From contig JALVOT010000015.1 of NCBI GenBank assembly GCA_027026255.1, forward strand, positions 413 to 64,412: a stretch of 64,000 nucleotides of DNA. Reading direction: 5' to 3'. The position numbers were made by a program, and so were the translations under genes. Shown in pieces: positions 31,292 through 41,575 of this stretch. Origin of the DNA: a candidate division WOR-3 bacterium. GTDB taxonomy: Bacteria; Hydrothermota; Tepidihabitantia; SM23-42. Position 1 is the stretch's first letter. Every line of letters starts with the position of its first letter. The notes beneath the pieces are model-generated. The model was not told the DNA's origin, made no database searches, and was given only the letters and a program-made list of their open reading frames with translations.

Positions 31292-31319
31292 ATTTTAGCA
31301 ATAAATTGAGGATAGTCAA
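31292..31319 (-). promoter_or_regulatory. Promoter of hutU
   Basis: TTGACT-N16-TAAAAT then AGGAGG SD. Confidence 0.6.
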
Positions 31320-31569
31320 GATAAAATCGAGGGAGATTGTGCGATTCTGATTTCAGGGACATCGTATTTGCATAAAATATTATATCTTAAAATACCGCTA
31401 AATTAACCCAATTTTTATATCTTTGCGGTTGTTGGAATATCGAGGTGCAGGATGCAGGGACAACAAAAATATCATCTGATTTGCTGTTTTATGGCTTGGA
31501 TATCCTGATCAATCGTAATGATTTTGTAATTATCTTTTGAAATAAAATCTTTTGCCTTCAATCCCTGTA

Positions 31570-31597
31570 TTGACTTGTTTGCAAATTTGTATATAAT
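31570..31597 (+). promoter_or_regulatory. Promoter of HEAT-cysS-efp operon (leaderless)
   Basis: TTGACT-N16-TATAAT, ATG 7 nt downstream. Confidence 0.65.
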
Positions 31598-31604
31598 TCG
31601 TTTA

Positions 31605-32588
31605 ATGAAGTGGCTGTTATTACTGAATTTTCTGCTGCTTTTTTTGACCTGCGGCACTCCACCGCGTGAGAGGGCATTGCAGATTTTAAATAGTGGTATT
31701 AAGGACAGTTCAGTTGTTATCCGGGTCAATGCGGCAAAGGGACTTAAGGAAATCGGTGATAGCCGGGGTATTGAGGTGCTTTATAAGATACTGCAGGGGG
31801 AGGATGAAGATGGTATTATTGCAGCCCTGAACGCTCTTTATGACCTGCAGGAAAAGAGGTTCTCACTCTTAGTTGTAAATTTAATCAAAGATGCTAATCC
31901 TCTGGTTAGAACTGAGGCATATCGGGTGGTTGCCCGGCTTTCGCAGCCCGAGGTGAAACAGATTCTCATTAATGGAACCAGGGACCATATTGTGAGCATC
32001 AGGAGAATTGCATATCAGGGATTGGCTCAATTTAATGATGAGAAGGTTATCCGGGCCGGTCTTTCTGATCCCGACCCATTGGTCAGGATCGAATCCGCAA
32101 GGTCTTTAGGATTATGCGGGGAAAATGGGATGGGGAATTTTATAAAGAAAGAGTTGAAGTTGATGAATCCTGAAGTCTGGTCAAGGGGTGTGATTTGTCT
32201 TGCCGAGCTTAAGGATACTTCATCCCTCGGTTTTATCAAAAAACTTCTTTTTGATACACCCTGGGATTTGAAACTCAGTGCATGCGAGGCGCTTTTAATG
32301 CTTAATAATGATTCTGGAAATGAGATTTTAAAACAGGCGCTTAAATCCGATGACCCGTTTGTCCGAATTAAGGCAGTGGAAATACTGAAGCGGTATCCAC
32401 TCCCGGAATTTTTTGAACCGCTTAAACAGGCAACCCAGGATGAATATATAAATGTTTCGATCGGGGCAATTGATGACCTGCGTCACTATCATAAAAAGGA
32501 ATTAAAGAAATTATTTGTTCAACTTTTAGATGCCCCCAACCCTCTGGTGAGGATTGCCGCAGCGGTTGCATATCTTAAGGCGGAATAA
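31605..32588 (+). CDS. HEAT-repeat lipoprotein
   Basis: MKWLLLLNFLLLFLT-C lipoprotein-type signal; repeated L.D.dp.VR..Aa.aL units. Confidence 0.8.
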   Translation: MKWLLLLNFLLLFLTCGTPPRERALQILNSGIKDSSVVIRVNAAKGLKEIGDSRGIEVLYKILQGEDEDGIIAALNALYDLQEKRFSLLVVNLIKDANPLVRTEAYRVVARLSQPEVKQILINGTRDHIVSIRRIAYQGLAQFNDEKVIRAGLSDPDPLVRIESARSLGLCGENGMGNFIKKELKLMNPEVWSRGVICLAELKDTSSLGFIKKLLFDTPWDLKLSACEALLMLNNDSGNEILKQALKSDDPFVRIKAVEILKRYPLPEFFEPLKQATQDEYINVSIGAIDDLRHYHKKELKKLFVQLLDAPNPLVRIAAAVAYLKAE

Positions 32589-34063
32589 TGGGATTAAGAT
32601 TTTTAAATACACTTTCCGGTAAATTGGAAAATTTCAAACCTATAAATAATGGAGAGGTGGGAATCTACAGTTGTGGTATGACAGTTCAGGGACCGCCTCA
32701 TATCGGTCATATCCGCGCTGCACTTAATCGTGATGTCCTTGTGCGCTGGCTTAAATATCTCGGTTATAAGGTAACGAGTGTTGAAAATTTTACTGATGTT
32801 GATGATAAGATTATTCAAAAACAGAAAGCATATAAAAAAGATTGGCGGATAATCGCTCAGGAGAATATTGATAAATATTTGCAGGTCTGTGACCAGCTGA
32901 ATATTGAAAGGGCAACGGTCTATCCCAGGGCATCCCAGCATATTGAAGAAATTATTAATCTGGTTCAGGGACTTGTTGATAAGGGGTATGGATATGAAAA
33001 GAAAGGCGATGTCTATTATCGGGTGAGAAATTTTACCACCTACGGTAGGCTATCCAAAAAGAGTATTGATGAATTAAAGTCTGGAGTTCGGATTGAACCG
33101 AGTGAAGAGAAAGATGACCCATTAGATTTCGCCCTCTGGAAGGCGGCAAAGGCGGACGAGCCCTTCTGGTTCAGTCCCTGGGGAAAAGGAAGACCAGGAT
33201 GGCATATTGAATGTTCTGCGATGTCAATGCATTATCTCGGTAAGACGCTTGATATCCATACCGGGGGTGAAGATTTAATCTTTCCCCATCATGAGAATGA
33301 GATCGCCCAATCCGAGGCGGCAACGGGTCAACAATTTGTGCGCTACTGGCTTCACACCGGTTGGGTTACCCTTGGTGGTGAAAAGATGTCAAAATCTACC
33401 GGCCATTTTCTCCTTATTGATGAACTTTTAAAGGAGTATCGTCCCAATGTGGTAAGATTATATCTTTTAAAGACCCATTATAGAAATCAGATTGAATTTT
33501 CCCGGGCACGGCTTGATGAGGCAAAATCGGCATATTTACGGATTCAGACCTTTCTCAGTAGTTTTAAGGAATTGCCTGATATTGAGAAACCATTAATGCT
33601 TGAGGAATTTTCTGAGGCGATGAATGATGATCTTAATACGCCCAGGGTATTGGGCATTATCTATGATTTAATAAAGAAGGGCTATGAGACTTCGGATATT
33701 GATATCGCCTGTACTGTAAAGTATTATTTGAGGATATTGGGATTTCGGGATGAATCAACCGAGCCGCCGTTTGAATCGGTCTCTGTTACTTTAAAGGAAA
33801 TAATAAAAAAATTGGAAGATGATGGTCGTCAAAATATACTTGATGAGATAAAAGATGAACTCTGGAAGATGTATGGAAATTTCAGGCGTGCCGGGGATGT
33901 CTTTCCCGGGATGGTGGATTTGATTCTTCGGATAAGGAATATATTAAGAAAGGAAAAAGATTATTCATTTGCAGATTATATCAGGTCACGGCTTGCAGAT
34001 ACGGGTATTCAGATTCAGGATATTAATCTTGATAAAAGTACCTATAGATTGGAGGTGCGATGA
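32588..34063 (+). CDS. cysS: Cysteine--tRNA ligase
   Basis: CGMTV, HIGH, DFALWK, GRPGWHIECSAM, FPHHENE, KMSKS. Confidence 0.97.
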   Translation: MGLRFLNTLSGKLENFKPINNGEVGIYSCGMTVQGPPHIGHIRAALNRDVLVRWLKYLGYKVTSVENFTDVDDKIIQKQKAYKKDWRIIAQENIDKYLQVCDQLNIERATVYPRASQHIEEIINLVQGLVDKGYGYEKKGDVYYRVRNFTTYGRLSKKSIDELKSGVRIEPSEEKDDPLDFALWKAAKADEPFWFSPWGKGRPGWHIECSAMSMHYLGKTLDIHTGGEDLIFPHHENEIAQSEAATGQQFVRYWLHTGWVTLGGEKMSKSTGHFLLIDELLKEYRPNVVRLYLLKTHYRNQIEFSRARLDEAKSAYLRIQTFLSSFKELPDIEKPLMLEEFSEAMNDDLNTPRVLGIIYDLIKKGYETSDIDIACTVKYYLRILGFRDESTEPPFESVSVTLKEIIKKLEDDGRQNILDEIKDELWKMYGNFRRAGDVFPGMVDLILRIRNILRKEKDYSFADYIRSRLADTGIQIQDINLDKSTYRLEVR

Positions 34064-34617
34064 TTAATGCTACTCAGATTAGAAAGGGGATGCTCATCAA
34101 ACTTGATGGCGTTCCATATGTTGTTTTAAATGCGACACATATTACACCGGGTAAGGGACGGGCATATATGCAGTGTGTGATAAGAAATCTCCAAACCGGA
34201 CTTTCCCGGGATATAAGATTTCGTTCTAATGACCGTGTTGAAAAGGCTGAGGTGGAAGAGATAGATATGGAATATATCTATAATTCCGACAATATCTATT
34301 ATTTTATGGACCTTGAGTCCTATGAGCAGATTCCAATCGATGCAGAACTTATCGGTGAATCAAGGAAATTTCTTCAGCCGAATATCAGGGTCCGGGTGAG
34401 ATTCTATGAAGGCAAGCCACTTGGTATTATTCTTCCCAAGTATGTAATTCTGAAGGTTGTTGATACCCAGGCACATATCAAGGATGCAACTGCCCAGGCG
34501 CAGATGAAACCGGCAAGGCTTGAAGGTGACCATAACTGTCAGGTTCCTCCGTTTATTGAGGTCGGGGATTTGATAAAAGTAAATACCGAGACCGGTGAAT
34601 ATGTTGAGCGGGTTTAG
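34060..34617 (+). CDS. efp: Elongation factor P
   Basis: PGKG loop, YYFMDLESYEQ, VPPFIEVGD..KVNTETGEYVER. Confidence 0.96.
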   Translation: MINATQIRKGMLIKLDGVPYVVLNATHITPGKGRAYMQCVIRNLQTGLSRDIRFRSNDRVEKAEVEEIDMEYIYNSDNIYYFMDLESYEQIPIDAELIGESRKFLQPNIRVRVRFYEGKPLGIILPKYVILKVVDTQAHIKDATAQAQMKPARLEGDHNCQVPPFIEVGDLIKVNTETGEYVERV

Positions 34618-34673
34618 AATTACATTAAGTTCTTTGTTAAAAGATTTTGCCTTTTGGGGCAAAAGGAGGTATT

Positions 34674-35057
34674 ATGTCTAAGGATTTACAAGAAACAATA
34701 AGAGAGGTTGCGGAAAAGATTCCTGGTTGTCGTTATGTCAGCCTTGTTGGTTATGACGGCATAACCGTCACCCAGTATATAATTGAAGCGAATTTTGATG
34801 TCAGCCTTTATGATGCTGAAGTTTCATCAATTATGCTGGCATCCAGGGAAGTAAGGAAGAGCCTTGAATTGGGTATTGATAAAGAGTTGATCTGGTTGAC
34901 CGAAAATTCATTTTTTATCATCCATCCATTGAGTGAAGAGTATTTTATCTATGCCTGTCTTAAGTCCTCGGATTCAAGCCCTGGTGTGGCAAGGATTACA
35001 TTAAACAAGGCAAAGCCGGAGATTAAGAAGATTATATATCCTGAATCTGGTTTGTAG
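34674..35057 (+). CDS. Roadblock/LC7 (MglB-like) domain protein
   Basis: AGGAGG SD; IPGCRYVSLVGYDGI and GVARITL patterns, length typical of the family. Confidence 0.7.
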   Translation: MSKDLQETIREVAEKIPGCRYVSLVGYDGITVTQYIIEANFDVSLYDAEVSSIMLASREVRKSLELGIDKELIWLTENSFFIIHPLSEEYFIYACLKSSDSSPGVARITLNKAKPEIKKIIYPESGL

Positions 35058-35082
35058 ATTTCTCGCAGTAGCGGGAGGATAG

Positions 35083-36951
35083 ATAAAAAAATTAGGCATT
35101 GGGATTCTTGGTGCCTTAGCAGCTGGTATTATATTTCAAAATTTAATTGAACCCCGGTTGCCCATTAATATTCTTTTTTGTATTTTTGCCTTAATATTAT
35201 CTTTTTTTAGAAAAGATTTTCTTTTTTTGGCTGTTGGACTTTTAAGCGCTATTAATACTTCTTTATGCCGACCGCTTAATCTTCCGGACATAAAACGGGA
35301 TATAAGATTTCTGGGTGTCGTAACCGGTGAAGAGTACTATCCGGATTATAAAAAACTCTTTATTAATATAGATAAAATTTTATTAAAGAGTGATACAATT
35401 GATTATCGCATTCCCGTGGAATTTTTCTCTTATCAGAAAGGGACAATGCTTGGTAAAAGGGTGATTATCAAGGGCAGGATTAGGCCGTATAAAAATTTTG
35501 TTTTCCATAATCTCCTTACCGGTTCAATCATTGGTTCTTATCCGGATAAAAATATTTTACATCAATTATTTTTTAACATCCGAAGTTATATTGAGGGATT
35601 ATTTAAGAGAATCTTCGCACCCCAGGATTATGATATTGCGACAGGCCTGGTGCTTGGCGGGAGCGGTCGTCTGAGTAAACCGGTAAAAGAAGTTTTCAGA
35701 AGAGCCGGGGTTTTACATATCCTGGCGGTTTCCGGATTGCATGTCGGTTTTGTGATTGCATTTCTGGGTATGATTCTTATCTTTATCCCGGTGGACAATC
35801 GGATAAAATTTCTCATAATTATTGTTGGCCTTTTTATCTATGCCGGTATCATCGGATTTCGGCCGAGCGTATGCCGGGCTGGTATAATGGCATTTCTTTT
35901 CGGTCTGGGATTGGTGCTGCAGAGAAATGTTGAACCACTTCATATCATAAATATTACTGCGATGGCATTTTTAACGGTTAACCCTATGCTTTTGTTTGAT
36001 GTCGGAACAGAACTTTCATTTTCTGCTGTATATGGTATTATTATTTTATATCCGGAATTAGAAAAACATTTCATCAGTAAGATTGAGAACCGTTTTATTA
36101 AAGCAATAATTTCAATAATGGCGGTCTCCCTTTCTGCTCAGCTCTTTGCGCTTCCATTGATAAGTTTCTATTTCCATAAGATTCCTACACTGGCGGTATT
36201 TTCCAATGTCCTGATTGTTCCTCTGGTATCAGTAATTATCTTTATGCTGTATATATCTGTTTTTGTCAGTTTAATCTGGATGCCATTTGTGCATATCCTT
36301 GCATTCTTTATTTCTCAATTAATTTTTATTTTGCTTTATGTCGGTAGATTTTTCGCCTCAGTACCGGGTTCGGTTCTTTATGTTACGATATCACCAATAA
36401 TTCTTCTTTCTTACTACCTGCTCTTTTTCAAAAGGACCTGCTTTCCGGGTATTGTTATTATAACCTCATTTCTGATTATTTTTTCTGTAGCTTCATTCGG
36501 TGATAAAATTATTATAAAACATTATTCCCGGGGCCTGTTAATTACTACACCTGTAAGGGAGAATATCTTTATTGCCAAAGGTAGTGGCGGTGTGCGAGCA
36601 GCAACATTTCTTGATTATCAGGGGCTTGAAGAACTGGATTATCTGATTGCAGCGAGAAGGTTCTATCGGGTAAAAAAGAGATTTGTTAAGGCGGTTGACC
36701 CATTACATTTCAAACACTTGAAACTCGGTCGACTGCGGATTCTATTATCGCGTAATTTCAGGGTGGAATTTAATGGTAGGACGATTTTCCAGGAACGGAA
36801 TGATGGCGATAATTTTAAAACCGGATGGATTGAGTATATAGTCAGCGATGGAAACCGCATCTACAAATTTAATGTCTCACCAGTGAATTCGATATTCAAT
36901 CATTTGTTGACGGAACTCAAACTTCTCCGGGGGCTATTTTTAACAACTTGA
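35083..36951 (+). CDS. comEC: ComEC/Rec2 competence membrane protein
   Basis: GVLHILAVSGLHVG, PSVCRAGIM, LSFSAV; frame is open from 35083 (ATA after GGAGG); first conventional start is TTG 35158. Confidence 0.85.
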   Translation: MKKLGIGILGALAAGIIFQNLIEPRLPINILFCIFALILSFFRKDFLFLAVGLLSAINTSLCRPLNLPDIKRDIRFLGVVTGEEYYPDYKKLFINIDKILLKSDTIDYRIPVEFFSYQKGTMLGKRVIIKGRIRPYKNFVFHNLLTGSIIGSYPDKNILHQLFFNIRSYIEGLFKRIFAPQDYDIATGLVLGGSGRLSKPVKEVFRRAGVLHILAVSGLHVGFVIAFLGMILIFIPVDNRIKFLIIIVGLFIYAGIIGFRPSVCRAGIMAFLFGLGLVLQRNVEPLHIINITAMAFLTVNPMLLFDVGTELSFSAVYGIIILYPELEKHFISKIENRFIKAIISIMAVSLSAQLFALPLISFYFHKIPTLAVFSNVLIVPLVSVIIFMLYISVFVSLIWMPFVHILAFFISQLIFILLYVGRFFASVPGSVLYVTISPIILLSYYLLFFKRTCFPGIVIITSFLIIFSVASFGDKIIIKHYSRGLLITTPVRENIFIAKGSGGVRAATFLDYQGLEELDYLIAARRFYRVKKRFVKAVDPLHFKHLKLGRLRILLSRNFRVEFNGRTIFQERNDGDNFKTGWIEYIVSDGNRIYKFNVSPVNSIFNHLLTELKLLRGLFLTT

Positions 36952-37079
36952 TATTCGCATCAGGATATCTATAGTTTAATTTTGGTGTATGGCTGAGAAG
37001 GTATTGTAGATTGCACACCATTATGGAATAAAGAATACACATATCGGTAATATCCGGTTTTCGAAATAGCATTCATTTA

Positions 37080-37107
37080 TTGACCTTTTTTGAATTTATG
37101 ATATACT
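37080..37107 (+). promoter_or_regulatory. Promoter of flippase gene
   Basis: TTGACC-N16-TATACT, ATG 9 nt downstream. Confidence 0.55.
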
Positions 37108-37116
37108 CTGTTGAAT

Positions 37117-38511
37117 ATGAAAAGATTATCAAAAAATTTTATTGCTCTATTTGTCAGTGATATTGTTGTTAAAATACTTGGTTTTGTTGCTACAGTATAT
37201 ATTGCGCGCGTCCTTGATATTTCGGGATTTGGACTTATCAGTTATGGGGTGGCGTTTTTAAATTATATATTGCTTTTTTGTAACCCCGGGCTTACTACAA
37301 TTGGTGTGCGCGAGATTGCAAAGGATATCCAGCATAGTAAGATCATTGGCGAAGTTATCGGAATCAGGACATCCCTTTCGCTTATTATATTTTTATTATT
37401 TGGTATCGGATTGATTCTTGCGCCGGGCAGTGCATTAACGAAAAAAATAATATTCTTTTATGCACTTTGTATGTTTCCTGCATCCTTTTTATTGGAATTT
37501 GTGTTTCAGGGTAGACAGGAGATGGAATTTATCGGTATCGGGAGGATAATACAGTATGGTGTTTATCTTTTTCTGCTGTTCTTTTTACTGAAAAGCAGCG
37601 GTGATATCCTTATGGTGCCGATTTCATTCCTGATCGGATATTCGGCGGTCACATTATTTTTGTTATTTGCCTTTCTCAAGAGATATAAATCCTTCTATTT
37701 TTCATTTCGGAATTGGCGTGCGTTGTTTGCAACGGCGATTCCGGTTGGTATGGCAACGGCACTTAATCAGATTTCTGTAAATCTGCCGGCAATTATACTC
37801 GGTATCTTTCATAGTAAATCAGAGGTCGGAGTGTTTACTGCGGGATTGAAAATCATTGTGGTTTTTTTAATCATTGAAAGGGTTTTTTATTACATCTTCT
37901 TTCCCATCATCGCCCAGCAGTATAGCCAGGCACCTGAAAAACTAAGTCGAAGTTTCAGTTTTATGATACGCATAATATTTGCTATTACGGTTCCGGTTTT
38001 ATTCGGCGGACTTATTTTGAGCTCAAGGATAATTGTCGGTATCTATGGCCCAGCTTTTGCCCGAGCCGCCGGCGTCTTTTCCATTCTCCTTTTCTATTTT
38101 TTCCTTTCTCCATTGAATACAATTCTCGGTTATGGACTTGTTGCCCTTGATAAAGAACGGCTGTTTTTTCGGATAATTACGATAAGCTCGGTTGTAAATT
38201 TTCTGTCTCTTTTTATCCTGGGTATATATTATCAGGCCGCCGGGGCGGCGATTGGTCTTATTATCGGAGAGGTAATCGGGGTAATTTTGATGTATCGCAC
38301 ACTGCGTAGATATGTGAGATTTTCTTTTTTAGGCTCAGTTGTGAAAGCTCTGCCGGCGGGTTTTCTTATGCTGATTTTGTTATATATATTTAGAGGATTG
38401 AATATAGTTTTTCTTATTATTATGAGTGCGGTTATTTATGGGTTTGTATTTTATCTTACGGGTGGTGTATCCAGTGAGGAGTTGAGATTTTTAAAAAAAT
38501 CTTTGAAATAA
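37117..38511 (+). CDS. Wzx/RfbX-type polysaccharide flippase (MOP superfamily)
   Basis: About 12-14 hydrophobic segments; YIARVL...FGLISY, GVREIA, FQGRQEM, EVGVFTAG. Confidence 0.85.
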   Translation: MKRLSKNFIALFVSDIVVKILGFVATVYIARVLDISGFGLISYGVAFLNYILLFCNPGLTTIGVREIAKDIQHSKIIGEVIGIRTSLSLIIFLLFGIGLILAPGSALTKKIIFFYALCMFPASFLLEFVFQGRQEMEFIGIGRIIQYGVYLFLLFFLLKSSGDILMVPISFLIGYSAVTLFLLFAFLKRYKSFYFSFRNWRALFATAIPVGMATALNQISVNLPAIILGIFHSKSEVGVFTAGLKIIVVFLIIERVFYYIFFPIIAQQYSQAPEKLSRSFSFMIRIIFAITVPVLFGGLILSSRIIVGIYGPAFARAAGVFSILLFYFFLSPLNTILGYGLVALDKERLFFRIITISSVVNFLSLFILGIYYQAAGAAIGLIIGEVIGVILMYRTLRRYVRFSFLGSVVKALPAGFLMLILLYIFRGLNIVFLIIMSAVIYGFVFYLTGGVSSEELRFLKKSLK

Positions 38512-38594
38512 AAAAGCTGTACGACCGCCTTTTTTTATCTTTTTTTTAAAACAAATTAAGAAAAACCGTGTAGATAATTCAGATATCAGATTGC

Positions 38595-38622
38595 TTGACT
38601 TATTGATTAATATCAATATAAT
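38595..38622 (+). promoter_or_regulatory. Promoter of ALDH-aminotransferase operon
   Basis: TTGACT-N16-TATAAT; AGGAGG SD before ATG 38678. Confidence 0.65.
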
Positions 38623-38677
38623 GGATAAATATAGAAATTTTCTATTTTCAACCTAAAAATCACAAACAGGAGGTTAT

Positions 38678-40174
38678 ATGAAGGAATACAGAAATTTTAT
38701 TGATGGGAAACTTGTGCCTTCAAATTCAGGTCGGACATTTGAAAATCGTAATCCCGCAAACTGGGATGAGGTTGTCGGGGTTTTTCCCAGGTCAACGGCT
38801 GAGGATGTAGAGAAGGCAATCGAATCGGCAAAAAAGGCTTATAAGAAATGGCGTCAGATTCCCTGGCCCAAACGTTCCGAAATTATGCGCCGGGCTGCCG
38901 AGATTATGATTCAGAAGAAAGAAGAACTCGCAAGGTTGATGACCAGAGAGATGGGTAAGGTGATTAAAGAAACACGAGGCGATGTCCAGGAAGGTATTGA
39001 TACCGCATTATATGCTTCAATCCAGGGAAGGAAGTATTTCGGTTATACGGTTCCCTCTGAGTTGTCAAATAAAAGTTGTATGACAAAGAGGGAGCCACTT
39101 GGTGTCTGGGGACTTATTACGCCCTGGAATTTTCCTATTGCGATTCCTTCCTGGAAGATATTTCCCTGTTTATTGAGTGGTAATACTGCGGTCATTAAGC
39201 CGGCGACCTATACCCCGGCGTCAGTAGGTGAATTAGCAGGTATCTTACAGGAGGCAGGTGTTCCGGATGGTGTTTTGAATGTTGTTTATGGAGGCGGGGG
39301 AGAGGTTGGTGAGGCGCTTCTAAATCATCCTGATATTGTCGGTATTTCATTCACCGGTTCTTCTGAGATTGGTCGGAGAATCGGTGAGGTTTGTGGAAAG
39401 AGACTGAAGCGTTGTTCATTAGAACTGGGGGGAAAGAATGGTCAGGTTGTGCTCAAGGATGCAGACCTGGAACTGGCAATTGAAGGTGTGCTCTGGGGAG
39501 CATTTGGAACAACCGGCCAGCGCTGCACGGCTACCTCAAGGTTGATTATAGAAGAACCGATATATGATGAATTTATCGCCCGGCTAAAAGAGAGGGCTGA
39601 AAAGTTGAAATTGGGTGATGGACTTGATGAGATGATCGATGTCGGTCCATTGGTGAGTGAGGCACAGCGCGAAACCGTCCATTCCTATGTGGAGATCGGC
39701 AAAAAAGAAGGTGCAAATCTGATTACCGGCGGTGAGTCATATACTGAAGGGGAATGTGCAAAGGGCTGGTTTTATAGACCGACAATCTTTATTGATGTTA
39801 AACCACAGATGCGTATTGCCCGGGAAGAGATTTTTGGACCGGTTCTTTCGGTATTAAAGGCGAAAAATTTTGAGGAGGCGATTGAGATACTTAATGGAAC
39901 CTCATATGGATTATCTTCAAGTATCTATACGAAGGATTTGAATAAGGCACATAAGGCAATAGAACTTGCAGAAACCGGTATTGTCTATATTAATGCCCCG
40001 ACCATTGGTGCGGAATGTCATCTTCCCTTTGGCGGTATGAAGAATACGGGAAACGGCCATCGTGAAGGCGGCTGGACTGCATATGAAATATTTACTGAAG
40101 TGAAAACAGTCTACATTGATTATTCAGGTGCTTTACAAAAGGCACAGATTGATACCTGGGATAATAGGGATTGA
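38678..40174 (+). CDS. NAD-dependent aldehyde (semialdehyde) dehydrogenase
   Basis: [24 protein letters not shown] (catalytic Cys), EEIFGP, PFGG. Confidence 0.93.
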   Translation: MKEYRNFIDGKLVPSNSGRTFENRNPANWDEVVGVFPRSTAEDVEKAIESAKKAYKKWRQIPWPKRSEIMRRAAEIMIQKKEELARLMTREMGKVIKETRGDVQEGIDTALYASIQGRKYFGYTVPSELSNKSCMTKREPLGVWGLITPWNFPIAIPSWKIFPCLLSGNTAVIKPATYTPASVGELAGILQEAGVPDGVLNVVYGGGGEVGEALLNHPDIVGISFTGSSEIGRRIGEVCGKRLKRCSLELGGKNGQVVLKDADLELAIEGVLWGAFGTTGQRCTATSRLIIEEPIYDEFIARLKERAEKLKLGDGLDEMIDVGPLVSEAQRETVHSYVEIGKKEGANLITGGESYTEGECAKGWFYRPTIFIDVKPQMRIAREEIFGPVLSVLKAKNFEEAIEILNGTSYGLSSSIYTKDLNKAHKAIELAETGIVYINAPTIGAECHLPFGGMKNTGNGHREGGWTAYEIFTEVKTVYIDYSGALQKAQIDTWDNRD

Positions 40175-40177
40175 ACT

Positions 40178-41530
40178 ATGGCACAAAAAAGAAAAAGGGG
40201 CAGATTACCAATAATCAAAACTGAGTTGCCAGGACCACGAGCCCGGCAGATTTTGCGTCAGGATCAGAAATATGTTTCTTCCTCATATACCAGGGCATAT
40301 CCTGTGGTTATAGATAAGGGAGATGGGGTATGGGTTATGGATGTTGACGGTAACCGATTTCTCGATTTTACTGCGGGAATCGGCGTGCTTTCAACCGGAC
40401 ATTGCCATCCTGAAATTGTTAAGGTTATAAATAAACAGGCATCGCGATTTCTTCATATGTCAGGGACCGATTTTTATTATAAGGTACAGAGCTGGCTTGC
40501 TGAAAAACTTGCCGAGATTGTTCCCGGGGCAAAGAATAAGAAGGTATTTTTTGCCAATACCGGAACTGAGGCGGTTGAATGTGCAATGAAGCTTGCTCGT
40601 TATCACACCCGAAGGCAGAGGTTTATCGCCTTTATCGGTGCATTCCACGGCCGCACCCTGGGCTCTCTTTCTCTCACCGCATCCAAGGCTGTTCAGCGGC
40701 GTTATTTCAGCCCTTTGGTTTCTGGAGTGTATCATGTGCCTTATGCATACTGTTTTCGGTGTATGTTTCACCTTCAATATCCATCCTGTAATATGGAGTG
40801 CGTGAGATACATTGACGAGGTCATTTTTAAAAAGGTTGTGCCGCCGGAAGATGTCGCCGCGATATTTGTTGAACCAATCCAGGGAGAAGGTGGCTATATC
40901 GTACCACCGCCGCTCTTTCTCACGCATTTAAGAAGACTCTGCAATAAGTATGATATTCTTCTGGTTGATGATGAGGTTCAGGCCGGTATGGGCAGAACCG
41001 GCAGGATGTTTGCGATTGAACATTTTAAAGCCAAGGCAGATATCTACTGCATTGCCAAGGGGATTGCATCGGGTTTACCCTTGGGTGCATGCGTGGCACA
41101 AAGCGGAATAATGAACTGGCCACCGGGTTCTCATGCCTCAACATTCGGTGGAAATCCTGTTGCCTGTGCTGCAGCATTAAAGACAATTGAACTACTGGAA
41201 AATGGTTTGATTGAGAATGCAGAAAAACTTGGTCAGATTGCCCTGGAAAGGCTGAAGGAGTTAAAGCAGCGTTATGATTTTATTGGTGATGTAAGAGGAA
41301 AGGGATTGATGCTTGGAATTGAACTTGTTGGTGATGCAATTACCAAAGAGCCAGTTTCGGATAAACGGGATGCGGTTGTATATGAGGCGTTCAAACAGGG
41401 TCTGCTGTTACTGGGTGCCGGTGAGAGTACAGTTCGTCTGATACCCCCCCTGGTGCTGAATGAATCAGAATTACATCTGGGGCTTGATATATTCGTCAGG
41501 GTGATTAAAAAGATTTTTAAAAGGTCTTAA
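40178..41530 (+). CDS. Class III PLP aminotransferase (GabT/ornithine aminotransferase-like)
   Basis: AFHGRT, EPIQGEGG, DEVQAGMGRTG, IAKGIASG (PLP Lys), STFGGNP. Confidence 0.92.
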   Translation: MAQKRKRGRLPIIKTELPGPRARQILRQDQKYVSSSYTRAYPVVIDKGDGVWVMDVDGNRFLDFTAGIGVLSTGHCHPEIVKVINKQASRFLHMSGTDFYYKVQSWLAEKLAEIVPGAKNKKVFFANTGTEAVECAMKLARYHTRRQRFIAFIGAFHGRTLGSLSLTASKAVQRRYFSPLVSGVYHVPYAYCFRCMFHLQYPSCNMECVRYIDEVIFKKVVPPEDVAAIFVEPIQGEGGYIVPPPLFLTHLRRLCNKYDILLVDDEVQAGMGRTGRMFAIEHFKAKADIYCIAKGIASGLPLGACVAQSGIMNWPPGSHASTFGGNPVACAAALKTIELLENGLIENAEKLGQIALERLKELKQRYDFIGDVRGKGLMLGIELVGDAITKEPVSDKRDAVVYEAFKQGLLLLGAGESTVRLIPPLVLNESELHLGLDIFVRVIKKIFKRS

Positions 41531-41531
41531 T

Positions 41532-41568
41532 AAAAAAAGGGGGCTGATGCCCCCTTTTTATTTTTTTT
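41532..41568. terminator. Bidirectional intrinsic terminator
   Basis: AAAAAAAGGGGGC-TGAT-GCCCCCTTTTT between convergent genes. Confidence 0.85.
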
Positions 41569-41575
41569 GTTATTT

